Assembly: GCA_900234795.1 (NCBI GenBank)
Contig: LT962688.1
Location: 630,001-662,000, forward strand
Direction: 5' to 3'
DNA length: 32,000 nt
Source: Methylorubrum extorquens
GTDB taxonomy: Bacteria > Pseudomonadota > Alphaproteobacteria > Rhizobiales > Beijerinckiaceae
Positions 31,826 through 32,000 of this stretch are shown here, one piece after another. Position 1 is the first letter of the stretch, and every line of letters starts with the position of its first letter. The notes under the pieces are model-generated. The model searched no databases. It saw nothing but the letters and a program-made list of their open reading frames with translations, and was not told the origin of the DNA. The position numbers were made by a program, and so were the translations under genes.

Positions 31826-32000
31826 GTCGACGATCGCCCGGATCGTCGTGCGGAGCTCGTGCGGACCCTTGTGAGCGAGACCGAGGCCCGCATCGCGACG
31901 CGATCCGTCGGGCCTTCGGATGAAGCGTGGCGTGAGAGGAAGCCCGGCCTGACATGAAGCGTATATCCACCGGTGAGGGCTTCATCGTGCCGCCGCGCCC

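Noticed and set aside
31788-31985. A 65-aa minus-strand ORF at the right edge
   Set aside because: The translation is R/P/G/S/H-rich with no hydrophobic core or motif. It is probably non-coding.
31954-32000. A possible plus-strand gene start (MKRISTGEGFIVPPRP...) leaving the window
   Set aside because: Only 15 codons are visible. This is too little to call a product, or even to be sure that it is coding.

Overview
This is a high-GC (about 70%) alphaproteobacterial chromosome segment. The alphaproteobacterial LexA box and a two-subunit NAD-linked formate dehydrogenase with a fused NuoE/NuoF-like beta subunit suggest a Methylobacterium/Methylorubrum-like methylotroph (inference). The window is mostly core genome. 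Left to right it contains: a truncated coiled-coil gene; a four-gene divergent glycan-modification module (GT4 glycosyltransferase, NodB-type deacetylase, FemAB-like transferase, Wzx-like flippase); formate dehydrogenase alpha and beta preceded by a small unknown ORF; a compact Kv-like K+ channel with a C-terminal zinc ribbon; a frameshifted patatin-like phospholipase; a DUF4287 gene; the LexA-controlled imuA-imuB-dnaE2 mutagenesis cassette; an orphan single-domain response regulator; a coaD-ppiA-(unknown ORF)-ppiB operon; an Omp25/31-type porin; gyrA; mobA and apbC/mrp; a small secreted Arg-rich ORF; a general-stress PNPOx-like protein; pncB; and pxpA. I found no tRNA, rRNA, CRISPR array, transposase or integrase. 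I do not recognise a clear-cut novel multi-gene system such as a defence island. The items most worth a second look are the FemAB-containing glycan module beside very AT-rich DNA, the periplasmic-looking ORF between two cyclophilin genes that has no canonical start codon for its signal peptide, the 1-nt frameshift in the patatin gene, the zinc-ribbon K+ channel with an upstream mini-ORF, a 14-bp tandem duplication that creates a 5-codon uORF on the response-regulator start, an EcfG-like stress promoter, and REP-like palindromes. The many long antisense ORFs in the track are high-GC shadow ORFs.
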